The notes beneath the pieces were generated by a model, which was not told the DNA's origin, did no database searches, and worked only from the letters and a program-made list of their open reading frames with translations. A stretch of DNA of 64,000 bases from Spirochaetia bacterium (GTDB taxonomy: Bacteria; Spirochaetota; Spirochaetia; SZUA-6; Bin103), in assembly GCA_965203055.1 (NCBI GenBank), contig OZ241863.1, positions 2,176,001 to 2,240,000 of the forward strand. The letters are read 5' to 3'. The translations under genes were made by a program, and so were the position numbers. This document shows, one piece after another, positions 19,469 to 29,210 of this stretch (within the stretch, counting starts at the first letter, position 1; each line of letters opens with the position of its first letter).

Positions 19469-20761
19469 ATGATTCGCGCTTGGCTCCTCGATTATCGACC
19501 CCTCGGCCAGTCTCTTGCAAGCGCCGCCGCGGCCGCCGCCGCTACCCTGCCGCAGCACTTCACCCGGCTCGCGCCGCCGGGCGACGGGCGGTGCGAGTGG
19601 GCGCTGCTCACCACCTGCCACCGCTGCGAAGTGTACACCTTCCAGGCGCGCGGGGAGGCGGTGCAGGCCCTGTTGCGGGCGCACCTCCCATCCGCCGCGG
19701 CGCAAGCCTCGGTGGTGCGCTGCGGCTCCGCGGCGGCGCGCCACCTGATGCGCGTCGCCGCGGGCCTGGACTCGATGCTGCTCGGCGAGACCGACGTCCA
19801 GCACCAGGTGGTCGGGGCGCTGGCTCAGGCGGCGCAGGCGGGCGGCGCAGGCCCGGTGCTGGACGCCCTGTTTCGCGCCGCCATTCACGCCGGCAAGCGG
19901 GTGCGGACGGCCACCGCGATCGGCCGCCACGCCACCTCCCTGGCGCCGGCGGCGGTCGATCTGGTGGCGACGCGGCTGGGCTCGATCAGGCAGGCGCAGG
20001 CCCTCGTGTTCGGCGCCGGCGCCATGGCGCAACGCGCCTGCGAGCGCCTGCGGGCGCTCGGCGTCGGCGGGCTGACCGTCGCCAACCGCACCCTTGCCCG
20101 CGCCCAGGAGCTGGCGCGCGCCTGCGGCGGCCGCGCCGTGCCGTGGGAAGGCGGCCTCACGGCGCTGGGCGCGGCCGACGTCGCCATTGCCGCCACCGCG
20201 GCCCCGGAACCGTTCATCGACAGCCGGATGCTGCGCGCGGCGACCGGCGCCCGGCCGCGGCGCCCGCTGCATCTGGTCGATCTGGCGCTGCCCCGCAACG
20301 TGCAACGGGACGCCGCTGCGCCGGCCGCGGTCCGCTACTACGACTTCGCCGATCTGGTGGAGGCCACGCGCGCCAGCCATGCGGCGCGCGCCGCGGAAGT
20401 GCCGCGCGCCGAAGCGGTCATCGACCAGGAGTTGGCGCGCTTCCGAGACTGGTTGCAGCACCGCGCCATTGCGCCTACCCTGCGCCTGCTCGGCGAACTC
20501 GGCAGCGCCGCCCGCGATGCCGAGTTGGAACGGGCCTGGCGGCGGCTGCCGGAACTTTCCGCCCGCGAGCGGCGGGTGGTCGAGTCACTGGCCCACAACG
20601 TGGCGCGGCGGCTCCTGCGCCGGCCGCTGCAGCGGCTGCGGGCGGCGGCCGGCAGCGCGCAGGCGGAACACTATCGGGCGGTGGTGGAGCACCTGTTCGC
20701 CGGCCCCGAATCCGTCGGCCGCCGCGGCGCCGGCTTGGCGCCGGACGATTCCACTACCTGA
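19469..20761 (+). CDS. hemA: Glutamyl-tRNA reductase (divergent)
   Basis: TTCHRCEVY, GLDSMLLGE, GKRVR, GAGAM, ANRT, DLALPRNV. Confidence 0.88.
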   Translation: MIRAWLLDYRPLGQSLASAAAAAAATLPQHFTRLAPPGDGRCEWALLTTCHRCEVYTFQARGEAVQALLRAHLPSAAAQASVVRCGSAAARHLMRVAAGLDSMLLGETDVQHQVVGALAQAAQAGGAGPVLDALFRAAIHAGKRVRTATAIGRHATSLAPAAVDLVATRLGSIRQAQALVFGAGAMAQRACERLRALGVGGLTVANRTLARAQELARACGGRAVPWEGGLTALGAADVAIAATAAPEPFIDSRMLRAATGARPRRPLHLVDLALPRNVQRDAAAPAAVRYYDFADLVEATRASHAARAAEVPRAEAVIDQELARFRDWLQHRAIAPTLRLLGELGSAARDAELERAWRRLPELSARERRVVESLAHNVARRLLRRPLQRLRAAAGSAQAEHYRAVVEHLFAGPESVGRRGAGLAPDDSTT

Positions 20762-20776
20762 TCCGGGAGCACATTC

Positions 20777-21481
20777 ATGGCCGCCAGCGAGTCACCGCGC
20801 CGCACCCCCCGCACCCTCAGTCACTTCGCGCTGCTGCGCTTCACCGATGCCTACTGGCAACTCGACGCGGCCCGGCGCCGGCAGCATCGCCAGGCGCTGT
20901 GGGAGGGGTTGGCGGGGGTGGCGGACGCCGTGCATCTCTACCAGACGTTCCCCCTGCACGACAGCGCCGACCTGGTGGTCTGGAGCGCGCTGCAGGCGGC
21001 GGAGCCGGAGCGCGTCCATGACTACTTTCGCGATCTCGCGCAGCTCCTGGCGCCGCTGCGCCCGCTGCTGGAAGTGAAGCGGCCGCTGTGGGGCTTCACG
21101 CGTCCCTCGACCTATACCAGGAGCCGCTCCACGCAGGAGATCGATCCCTTCAGCGCGGCCCGCAAGCGCTTCCTGATCGTCTATCCGTTCGTCAAGACCA
21201 GCGCCTGGTACGCGTTGAGCCGCGATACCCGGCAAGGGATGATGAACGGCCACATCCGGGTTGGGAAGGAGTACCCCGACGTTACCCAGTTGCTGCTCTA
21301 TTCGGTGGGGGTGCAGGATCAGGAGTTCGTCGTGGTCTACGAGACCGATGACCTGACGCGGTTCTCCGATCTGGTGAACCAGTTGCGCAGCACCGAGGCG
21401 CGCGCCTACACCGAGCGCGACACGCCGCTGACCTGCGCGCTCCACCACCCCACGGCGAGCGCGCTCGAGTTGTTCGCGTGA
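20777..21481 (+). CDS. chdC: Coproheme decarboxylase (Cld/HemQ family)
   Basis: YPFVK..W motif, MM.GH proximal His, Gln rather than Arg at the distal position (VTQLLLYSVG), DQEFVV.YE; inside the hem cluster. Confidence 0.82.
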   Translation: MAASESPRRTPRTLSHFALLRFTDAYWQLDAARRRQHRQALWEGLAGVADAVHLYQTFPLHDSADLVVWSALQAAEPERVHDYFRDLAQLLAPLRPLLEVKRPLWGFTRPSTYTRSRSTQEIDPFSAARKRFLIVYPFVKTSAWYALSRDTRQGMMNGHIRVGKEYPDVTQLLLYSVGVQDQEFVVVYETDDLTRFSDLVNQLRSTEARAYTERDTPLTCALHHPTASALELFA

Positions 21482-21500
21482 GCGCCGCCGGCGGGCGCGG

Positions 21501-22571
21501 GTGAGCGCCGTTCCGCTGCTCGCCGCCTGCCGCCGGCAGGCGGTGGCGCGCGTGCCGATCTGGCTGATGCGGCAGGCGGGACGCTACCTGCCGGAGTACC
21601 GCGAACTGCGCTCCCGGCATGGCATGCTGGAGCTGATCGGCAGCCCGGAGCTGGCCGCCAGGGTGACCTTGCAGCCGTTGCGGCGCTTCGACCTGGACGC
21701 GGCAATCATCTTCGCCGACATCCTGCCTCCGCTCATGGGCATGGGACTGGAACTGTCGTTCGGGCGCGGCGCCGGTCCCGCGATTCACAACCCGATTCGC
21801 GCGCCGGCCGACGTGGACGCGCTGCGGGTGCCCGATCCGCACCGGCACGCGGCGGCGACGTTGCGCGCCCTGCAACTGGTGCGCGGCGAGCTGCCGCCGG
21901 CGGTAGCTCTGATCGGCTTCGCCGGCGCTCCGTTCACCCTCGCGACCTACGCCATCGAGGGCGGCGCCTCGCGCCAGTTCACCCTCACCAAGCGGATGAT
22001 GTTCGAGCAGCCGGCGGCGTGGCATGCGCTGATGACCAAGCTGGCGCGGATGGTGACCGAGTATCTGGCCGCCCAGGCCGCGGCCGGGGCGCAGGTGCTG
22101 CAGCTCTTCGATAGCTGGGCGGGGGCGCTGAGCGCCGCCGACTACCGCGAGCACGTGCTGCCCTACGTGCAACAGATCGGCGCCGGCCTGCAGGCCGCGG
22201 GGGCGCCGTTGATCTACTTCAGCACCGGCACCACCGGCCTGCTGCACCTGCTGGCCGGGCTGCGGTGCGCGGTCCTGAGCGTGGACTGGCGCGCCGACCT
22301 GGCCGCGGTGCGGCGCCTGCTGCCGGACGCCATGGCGCTGCAGGGCAACCTGGAGCCGGCGCTGTTGTTCGCGCCGCCGGAGGTGTTGGAGCGGCGCGCG
22401 CGCGCCATCCTCGCCGCGGCGGCGGCCACGCCGGGGTTCATCTTCAACCTCGGTCACGGCGTCCTGCCCCAGACCCCGCCCGCCGCGGTCGCGCGGCTGG
22501 TCGAGCTCGTCCACGGCTTCCCGCTGCCGGCCGCGGCCGCCGGCGCCGCGCCGCGAGGGGCGGGCGCATGA
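21501..22571 (+). CDS. hemE: Uroporphyrinogen decarboxylase
   Basis: PIWLMRQAGRYLPEY, FADIL, QLFDSW, QGNLEP, NLGHG. Confidence 0.97.
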   Translation: MSAVPLLAACRRQAVARVPIWLMRQAGRYLPEYRELRSRHGMLELIGSPELAARVTLQPLRRFDLDAAIIFADILPPLMGMGLELSFGRGAGPAIHNPIRAPADVDALRVPDPHRHAAATLRALQLVRGELPPAVALIGFAGAPFTLATYAIEGGASRQFTLTKRMMFEQPAAWHALMTKLARMVTEYLAAQAAAGAQVLQLFDSWAGALSAADYREHVLPYVQQIGAGLQAAGAPLIYFSTGTTGLLHLLAGLRCAVLSVDWRADLAAVRRLLPDAMALQGNLEPALLFAPPEVLERRARAILAAAAATPGFIFNLGHGVLPQTPPAAVARLVELVHGFPLPAAAAGAAPRGAGA

Positions 22572-23497
22572 GCCTGCTCGGGGTATTGGTGATGGCCTAC
22601 GGCGGTCCCGACTCGCTCGCTGACGTGCCCGCCTACCTGCAGGACATTCGCGGCGGCCGGCCGACCCCGCCTGCCCTGGTAGCGGAGGTTCGGGAGCGCT
22701 ACCGCAGGATCGGCGGCCGCTCGCCCCTGCGCGCCGCCACCGAGCGGCAGGCCGCGGCCCTGGGTCAGGCCTTGCGCGAGCGCGGCGTCGAGGCGGTGGT
22801 GGCGGTGGGGATGCGGCACTGGCAGCCGCGCATTGCCGCGGCGGTCGGCCGGCTGGCCGAGCAGGGCGTAACCCGGGCGGTCGGGGTGGCGCTGGCGCCG
22901 CACTATTCCCGGCGCAGCGTCGGCGCCTACCAGGAGCAGGTCCGCGCCGCGGCGGCCGGGCTGCCGGCGGCGCCGCGCTTCGCCTTCGTCTCCCACTTCG
23001 GCGACCACCCGCGCTTCATTGCCGCGGTAGCGCGCGGCCTGCTGCAGGTGCGGGCGGCGCTGCGCGATCCGGCTCGCGCCCGGGTGCTGTTCTCCGCCCA
23101 CAGCCTGCCGGCCGCGTGGGTAGCGGGCGGCGACCCCTACCCCGCGCAGCTGCGCGCTTCGGCGGCCGCGGCGGCGGCGCGCGCCGGCCTGCAGCCATGG
23201 CAGTGGCGGCAGTGCTTCCAGTCGGCCGGAGCGCGCCCCGGGGCGTGGCTGGGGCCGTCGCTGGAGGAGGAGCTGCGCGCCGCGGCCGGCGCCGGCGTAC
23301 GTGAGGTGACCGTGGCGCCGTTCGGCTTCGTGGCCGACCACGTCGAGATCCTGTTCGACATCGACCTCGAGCTGCGCGCGCTCGGCGAATCGCTTGGGGT
23401 ACGGGTGACGCGTACCCCGGCGCTCGGCAGCGACCCGGAGCTGATCGCAGCGCTGGCCGACCGGGTGCAGGAGGCCGCGGCTGCGGGCCTGCGGTGA
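22568..23497 (+). CDS. hemH: Ferrochelatase (probably coproporphyrin ferrochelatase CpfC)
   Basis: MAYGGP, RYRRIGGRSPL, FSAHSLP, FQS, WLGP, GFVADHVEILFDID. Confidence 0.94.
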   Translation: MSLLGVLVMAYGGPDSLADVPAYLQDIRGGRPTPPALVAEVRERYRRIGGRSPLRAATERQAAALGQALRERGVEAVVAVGMRHWQPRIAAAVGRLAEQGVTRAVGVALAPHYSRRSVGAYQEQVRAAAAGLPAAPRFAFVSHFGDHPRFIAAVARGLLQVRAALRDPARARVLFSAHSLPAAWVAGGDPYPAQLRASAAAAAARAGLQPWQWRQCFQSAGARPGAWLGPSLEEELRAAAGAGVREVTVAPFGFVADHVEILFDIDLELRALGESLGVRVTRTPALGSDPELIAALADRVQEAAAAGLR

Positions 23498-23528
23498 CGG
23501 ACCTGGGGGCCGGCGGCGCGCGCGGGTA

Positions 23529-24929
23529 GTGGTGGTGGGCGCCGGCATCACCGGTCTGGCCACCGCCTATTACCTGCAGCGCAGCGCCGCGGCCGAACAG
23601 TGCGAGGTGGCGGTGCTGGAGGCCGCGCCGCGGCCCGGCGGCAAGTTGCGCACCGAACGCCGCGACGGCTTTCTGCTGGAGGCCGGTCCCGACTCGTTCC
23701 TGACCGGCAAGCCGGACGCGGTCGAGCTGTGCCGCGAGCTGGGCCTTGCGCCCTCCCTGATCGCGCAGTCGCAGCCGCGCGCCGCCTTCGTGCTGCGCCG
23801 CGGCCGGCTGGTGCCGATCCCGCCCGGCATGCGGCTGGTCCACCCGACCCGGCCGTGGGCGCTGCTGCGTTCTCCGCTGCTGTCGCCGGGCGGGCGGATT
23901 CGGGCGTTGGCCCACCCCCTGGTGCCGCCGCGGCGCGGCGCCGGAGATGAGAGCGTCGGCGCCTTCGTGCAGCGCCGCTACGGGGCGGAGCTGCTGCGCG
24001 TGCTCGGCGAGCCGCTGTTGGCCGGCATCCATCTGGCCGACCCCTGGCGGCTCAGTTTGGCGGCCACCTTCCCGGCGCTGCGCAGCGCCGGGCGCCGGCC
24101 GGCCGCGCCGCCGCCGACCCCGCCGCCGGGCCCGCCGGAACTGGCGCACCTGCGCGGCAGCCCGTTCGCGAGCCTCACCGGCGGCATGGAGCAACTCGCC
24201 GGCGCGCTGGCGGCGCGGCTGGGCAAGTCGCTGCGCACCGGCGCCGCGGCGGCGGCCATCGATCGCGCGCCGCGCGGCTACCGCGTGCGCCTGCGGGCGC
24301 CGGCCAGGCGCGCCGCGGGCGAGGAGCTTGCCGCCGCGGCGGTGGTGGTCACCACGCCGGCGGCCGCCGCGGCGCCGCTGGTGAGGCGCGTCAACCCACC
24401 GCTGGCGCAGCTTCTCGCCGCCGCCGAGGCCGCCTCTTCGGCCATCGTCACGCTCGGCTACCGCGACCCGCGCGTTGCGCTGCCGCGGCCCGGCTCCGGG
24501 TTCGTGGTGCCGCGCGGCGAAGGCAGCCGCCTGTTGGCCTGCACCTGGAGCTCCGGCAAGTGGGCCGGGCGCGCTCCGGCGGGCGGCGTCCTGGTACGGG
24601 GGTTCGTCGGCGGCTGGCGCCAGCCGGAACTGCCGGCGCGCACCGACGCCGAGCTGATCGCGCTGGTCGAGGCCGAGCTCGGCGCCATCCTGGGCGGCGG
24701 CTTCGCCCACGCCCGCCGGCCGGCCGTCAGCGGCGTGCAGCGCTGGCCGGGCGGCACCCCGCTGTATCGCGTCGGCCATCACCGGTGGCTGGCCCAGGTG
24801 CGGGCGGCCGGCGCCGCCACGCCCGGCCTGTGGCTCGCCGGCGCGGCCTACGACGGCGCCGGCATCCCCGACTGCATCCGCCAGGCCCGCGCCGCCGCCG
24901 GCGCCGTAGCCGCCTTCCTCACCGCATGA
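23529..24929 (+). CDS. hemY: Copro/protoporphyrinogen oxidase HemY (CgoX)
   Basis: GAGITGL, EAGPDSF, EPLLAGI, GSGFVVP, GAGIPDCIRQ. Start ambiguous (see findings). Confidence 0.92.
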   Translation: MVVGAGITGLATAYYLQRSAAAEQCEVAVLEAAPRPGGKLRTERRDGFLLEAGPDSFLTGKPDAVELCRELGLAPSLIAQSQPRAAFVLRRGRLVPIPPGMRLVHPTRPWALLRSPLLSPGGRIRALAHPLVPPRRGAGDESVGAFVQRRYGAELLRVLGEPLLAGIHLADPWRLSLAATFPALRSAGRRPAAPPPTPPPGPPELAHLRGSPFASLTGGMEQLAGALAARLGKSLRTGAAAAAIDRAPRGYRVRLRAPARRAAGEELAAAAVVVTTPAAAAAPLVRRVNPPLAQLLAAAEAASSAIVTLGYRDPRVALPRPGSGFVVPRGEGSRLLACTWSSGKWAGRAPAGGVLVRGFVGGWRQPELPARTDAELIALVEAELGAILGGGFAHARRPAVSGVQRWPGGTPLYRVGHHRWLAQVRAAGAATPGLWLAGAAYDGAGIPDCIRQARAAAGAVAAFLTA

Positions 24930-24942
24930 ACCGATTCGGCCT

Positions 24943-25671
24943 TCAGGGCACCAGCTCGGCGATCGCCCGGACGATGCGGTCGGGGCGTACCGCGGCCTGC
25001 GCCGGCAAGCCCTCGGCGCGGCTGTCCACCCATACCGTGCGCAGGCCGACGGCCTGGCCGCCGGCTATGTCCTTGGCCAAGTCATCGCCGACCATCCAGG
25101 CGTGCTCCGGCGGCGCGCGGAGCGCCGCCAGGGCGTGCTCGAACACCTCCGGCGACGGCTTGCCGATCCCGAACTCCCCCTCCACCACTACCACGTCGAA
25201 GCGCGGCGCCAGTTGCACCTGTTCGATCTTGGCGCGCTGACCGGCCGCCTCGCCGTTGGTGACCAGCGCCAGCGCCACCCCCCGGCGGCGCAGCTCGGCG
25301 AGCGTTTCCAGGGCGCCGGCGAACGGCTGCAGCGCCTCGATGCGGGCCTGCACCACGAATGGGCCAACCCAGCGCGAAATGCCGTCGTCGCGCAGCGCGA
25401 GCTGCCGCAGGGCGCGGCGGGCGATGCGGGAGCGCGCCTCGGCCTGTTGGAGGCGGCCCCAGTCGGCCCGCTCAGGGTCCTGCCAATACCAGCGGTCGGC
25501 GGTCAGAAACGCCTGCCGGAGCCGGCCCCGGTCCAGCCCGCGGGTGCGCGCCAGTTCGGCCGCCGCCCGCTCCCAGGCGGCGCGCGACGCGCGGTGGGTA
25601 TCGACGACCGTGTCGTCCATGTCGAACAGGATGGCGGCGGGGAGCGCGGCGCCGGCGGCAGCATGATCCAC
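24943..25671 (-). CDS. HAD-superfamily hydrolase (subfamily IA)
   Basis: FDMDDT, VTNG, GKP, MVGDDLAKDI. GTG at 25671 follows a -10-like TACCGT. Confidence 0.88.
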   Translation of the reverse strand: MDHAAAGAALPAAILFDMDDTVVDTHRASRAAWERAAAELARTRGLDRGRLRQAFLTADRWYWQDPERADWGRLQQAEARSRIARRALRQLALRDDGISRWVGPFVVQARIEALQPFAGALETLAELRRRGVALALVTNGEAAGQRAKIEQVQLAPRFDVVVVEGEFGIGKPSPEVFEHALAALRAPPEHAWMVGDDLAKDIAGGQAVGLRTVWVDSRAEGLPAQAAVRPDRIVRAIAELVP

Positions 25672-25826
25672 GCTGCCACGGTAGGCCACGACGGCGCCCT
25701 GTTCAACGGCCCGCGGCGCCGCCGCGCGCCGCGCGGTTGATCTTTCGCATGGTTGCGGCGACAATAGGGTTCTGAGAGAGCGCAGCTTGCCGGTCGCCGG
25801 TTGCAGCCCCGAGGAAACGAGAGCGC

Positions 25827-26294
25827 ATGACCATCTACCGTGAATTGCAACTTCAACCAATCAGCTCCGTCGCGCTGGAGACGGCGTTGACCGTCAGCAG
25901 CGACACCGCCGCCGGCGAGGTGGTGGCCGCCATGCGGGCCGCGCGGAGCAGTCACGCGCTGGTGCTGGACGGCGGGCGCTTGGCGGGTATCTTCACCTAC
26001 CGCGATCTGCTGGTACGGGCGGTGACCCCCGACGGTCTGCCGGCCGCGCCGGTGCGCCAATTCATGACGCCCGACCCGACCACGCTGCCCGCCGCGGCGC
26101 CGCTGAGCGAGGCGATCGAACCGATGGCCGCGGGCGGCTACCGCCACCTCCCGGTCGCCGACGGCGCGGGCGGCTACCTCGGGGTCCTTACCAGCCACAA
26201 CCTGTTCCAGTTTCTCGCCGAGCTGTTGCCCGACCGCATCCTCAATCTGCCGCCGCGGCCGCACCAGACGCTGCGCGTGCCGGACGGCGCGTGA
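25827..26294 (+). CDS. Stand-alone CBS-pair protein
   Basis: GIFTYRD, MTPDP, YRHLPVAD. Confidence 0.85.
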   Translation: MTIYRELQLQPISSVALETALTVSSDTAAGEVVAAMRAARSSHALVLDGGRLAGIFTYRDLLVRAVTPDGLPAAPVRQFMTPDPTTLPAAAPLSEAIEPMAAGGYRHLPVADGAGGYLGVLTSHNLFQFLAELLPDRILNLPPRPHQTLRVPDGA

Positions 26295-28174
26295 TGGCGG
26301 ACAGCGGCCGACCGGCGCGCGGCGGCACCCTCGACCGCTCCGAGCTGGACCGGGTAACGGTGCGCTTCGCCGGCGACTCCGGGGACGGCCTGCAAGTGGT
26401 CGGGGCGCAGTTGACCAACGTCTCGGCGGCGTTCGGCAACGATCTGTCGACCCTGCCCGACTACCCGGCGGAAATCCGCGCTCCGGCGGGGACCTTGCCG
26501 GGGGTGAGCGCGTTTCAGATCAGCTTCGCCAGCGAGGACATTCACACCCCCGGCGACGCCCCGGACGTGCTGGTGGCGCTCAATCCGGCGGCGCTCAAGG
26601 CCAACCTGCCGGACATTCCCAGCGGCGGCACCCTGATCATCAACGAGGACGCCTTCACTGCCCAGGGTCTCAACAAGGCGGGCTACGACGGCAACCCGCT
26701 CGACGACGCCTCCCTGAGCAGCTACCGCGTGATCAGGCTGCCGATCACCTCGCAGAACGAGAAGGCGCTCGACCACCTCGGTCTGAGCCCGCGCCAGGCC
26801 GGGCGTTCCAAGAACTTCTACGCGCTCGGCATCATCTATTGGCTCTACGATCGTCCCGCGGAGCCCACCCTGCGCTGGTTCGAGCAGAAGTGGGGTTCGC
26901 GCCCGCAGGTGGTCGCCGCCAACAGCGCGGCGCTGAAGGCCGGCTACTCGTTCGCCGATACCACCGAACTGTTCACCTCCGCGTACCGCGTGCCGCCGGC
27001 CGCGCTCCCGCCCGGCACCTACCGCAACATCACCGGCAATCAGGCCACGGCGCTCGGCTTCATAACCGCGGCCCATCTCGCCGGCCGGCCATTGTTCTAC
27101 GCCAGCTACCCGATCACCCCGGCCAGCACGGTGCTGCATGAGCTGGCGCACCACCGCAACCTGGGCATCGTCACCTTCCAGGCGGAGGACGAAATCGCGG
27201 CGATCGGCGCGGCCATCGGGGCCGCGTTCGGCGGGTCGCTGGCGTTGACCGGTACCAGCGGTCCGGGGCTGGCGTTGAAGAGCGAGGCGCTGGGGCTGGC
27301 GGTGGTGGTGGAGCTGCCGCTGGTGGTGATCGACGTGCAGCGCGCCGGCCCCTCCACCGGCATGCCCACCAAGACCGAGCAGGCGGATCTGCTGCAGGCC
27401 ATGTTCGGCCGCAACGGCGAGGCGCCGGTGGCCGTCGTCGCCCCGGCCACGCCCGGCGACTGCTTCGCCATGGCACTGGAGGCATTCCGCATCGCGGTCA
27501 CCCACATGACCCCGGTGCTGTATCTCTCCGACGGCTACCTGGCGAACGGCTCCGAGCCGTGGCGCATCCCGGCGCTGGATGACCTGCCGTCGATACCGGT
27601 GCGGTTCCACACCGACCCGGCGGGGTTCCAGCCCTACGCGCGCGACCCGCGCACCCTGGCCCGCCCGTGGGCGATTCCCGGCAGCGCGGGACTGGAGCAC
27701 CGGGTCGGGGGGCTGGCGAAGGAGGACGTCACCGGCGACGTCAGCTACGACCCGGAGAACAACGAACGCATGGTGCGGCTGCGGGCGCGCAAGATCGCCG
27801 GCATCGCGGCCGGCATTCCGCCGGTGGAGGTGCGCGGCCCGGACCGCGGCCGGCTGCTGGTGCTCGGCTGGGGCAGCACCAGCGGCGCCATCACCACCGC
27901 CTGCGAAAAGCTGCGCGAGCAGGGCGTGGCGGTGTCCAACGCCCACCTGCGACACCTGAATCCGTTTCCGTCCAACCTGGGCGCGGTGCTGCAACGGTTC
28001 GAGCAGGTGCTGATCCCGGAGTTGAACCTGGGCCAGCTTCGCATGCTCATCGCCGACGCCTATGGCGTCAATGCCCGGCGCCTCTCCAAGCTGCAGGGCA
28101 AGCCGTTCCTGGTGCGCGAGGTGCAGGCCGCCATCGTCGAGGAACTGGCGAGGATCGACCATCATGCCAACTGA
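26294..28174 (+). CDS. korA: 2-oxoacid:ferredoxin oxidoreductase alpha (gamma-alpha fusion)
   Basis: AGDSGDG, EIRAPAG, YPITPAS, QAEDEIAA, TSGPG, QRAGPSTGMPTK. Confidence 0.93.
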   Translation: MADSGRPARGGTLDRSELDRVTVRFAGDSGDGLQVVGAQLTNVSAAFGNDLSTLPDYPAEIRAPAGTLPGVSAFQISFASEDIHTPGDAPDVLVALNPAALKANLPDIPSGGTLIINEDAFTAQGLNKAGYDGNPLDDASLSSYRVIRLPITSQNEKALDHLGLSPRQAGRSKNFYALGIIYWLYDRPAEPTLRWFEQKWGSRPQVVAANSAALKAGYSFADTTELFTSAYRVPPAALPPGTYRNITGNQATALGFITAAHLAGRPLFYASYPITPASTVLHELAHHRNLGIVTFQAEDEIAAIGAAIGAAFGGSLALTGTSGPGLALKSEALGLAVVVELPLVVIDVQRAGPSTGMPTKTEQADLLQAMFGRNGEAPVAVVAPATPGDCFAMALEAFRIAVTHMTPVLYLSDGYLANGSEPWRIPALDDLPSIPVRFHTDPAGFQPYARDPRTLARPWAIPGSAGLEHRVGGLAKEDVTGDVSYDPENNERMVRLRARKIAGIAAGIPPVEVRGPDRGRLLVLGWGSTSGAITTACEKLREQGVAVSNAHLRHLNPFPSNLGAVLQRFEQVLIPELNLGQLRMLIADAYGVNARRLSKLQGKPFLVREVQAAIVEELARIDHHAN

Positions 28175-29210
28175 TACCGTAGCGACCGCTACCACGGCGG
28201 GGCCGGGCGCGGCGCGCCAGCCCCTGACGCGCAAGGACTTCGTCTCCGGCCAGGAGGTCCGCTGGTGCCCCGGGTGCGGCGACTACGCGATTCTGGCGCA
28301 GGCGCAACGGGTGCTGCCGGAGCTGGGCGTGCCGCGCGAGAACATCGTCTTCATCAGCGGCATCGGCTGCTCGAGCCGCTTCCCCTACTACATGGAAACC
28401 TACGGCTTCCACTCGATCCACGGCCGCGCCGCCACCCTGGCGTCGGGGCTCAAGATCACCCGCCCGGAGCTGCTGGTGTTCGTCATTACCGGCGACGGTG
28501 ACGGGCTGTCGATCGGCGGCAACCACCTGATCCACGCGCTGCGGCGCAACATGGATCTGAACATCATCCTGTTCAACAATCGGATCTACGGCCTTACCAA
28601 AGGGCAATATTCACCCACCAGCGAGGTGGGCAAGCAGACCGTCAGCTCGCCCGACGGGACCCTGGAGCTGCCGATCAGTCCGGCGCGCATCGCCCTGGCC
28701 GCGGAAGCGAGCTTCGTGGCGCGCACCGTGGCCACCGACACCAGGCATCTGACAGCGACCCTGGAGCGCGCGGCGCACCATCGCGGCGGCTGCTTCGTCG
28801 AGGTGTATCAGAACTGCAACGTGTACAACGACGGCGCCTTCGACTACTTCGCCGAACGCAGCGTGCGGGCCGAGCAGAGCATCAACCTGGAACACGGCAA
28901 GCCGTTGATCTTCGGCAAGAACCGTGACAAGGGCATCCGGCTCGACGGTCTGCGGCCGGTGATCTGCGCCGCCGACCATCCCGACCTGTTGATTCACGAC
29001 GAAAAGATTCCGAGCAACGTGCTGCCCTACGTGCTGGCCCACATGTCGCCGGCGGCCGGCGTGCCGCTGCCGCTCGGGGTGCTGCGTGCGGTGGACAAGC
29101 CCACCTACGAGGAGCGCATGGCCGGCCAGATCGAGGCCGCCCGGGAGCGGCAGGGCGACGGCGACGTGGCGGCGCTGCTGCGCGGCCCGGAGACCTGGAC
29201 CATTGGCTGA
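28164..29210 (+). CDS. korB: 2-oxoacid:ferredoxin oxidoreductase beta
   Basis: WCPGCGD, SGIGCSSR, GDGD...NN TPP-binding motif, YGLTKGQ. Confidence 0.93.
   Translation: MPTDTVATATTAGPGAARQPLTRKDFVSGQEVRWCPGCGDYAILAQAQRVLPELGVPRENIVFISGIGCSSRFPYYMETYGFHSIHGRAATLASGLKITRPELLVFVITGDGDGLSIGGNHLIHALRRNMDLNIILFNNRIYGLTKGQYSPTSEVGKQTVSSPDGTLELPISPARIALAAEASFVARTVATDTRHLTATLERAAHHRGGCFVEVYQNCNVYNDGAFDYFAERSVRAEQSINLEHGKPLIFGKNRDKGIRLDGLRPVICAADHPDLLIHDEKIPSNVLPYVLAHMSPAAGVPLPLGVLRAVDKPTYEERMAGQIEAARERQGDGDVAALLRGPETWTIG

Noticed and set aside
20777..21481. Chlorite dismutase
   Set aside because: Lacks the distal Arg and lies in a heme operon, so ChdC is more likely.
24943..25671. HAD hydrolase as the missing GpgP
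   Set aside because: About 7 kb from gpgS, in a separate unit, and of a generic subfamily; nothing specific supports the link.
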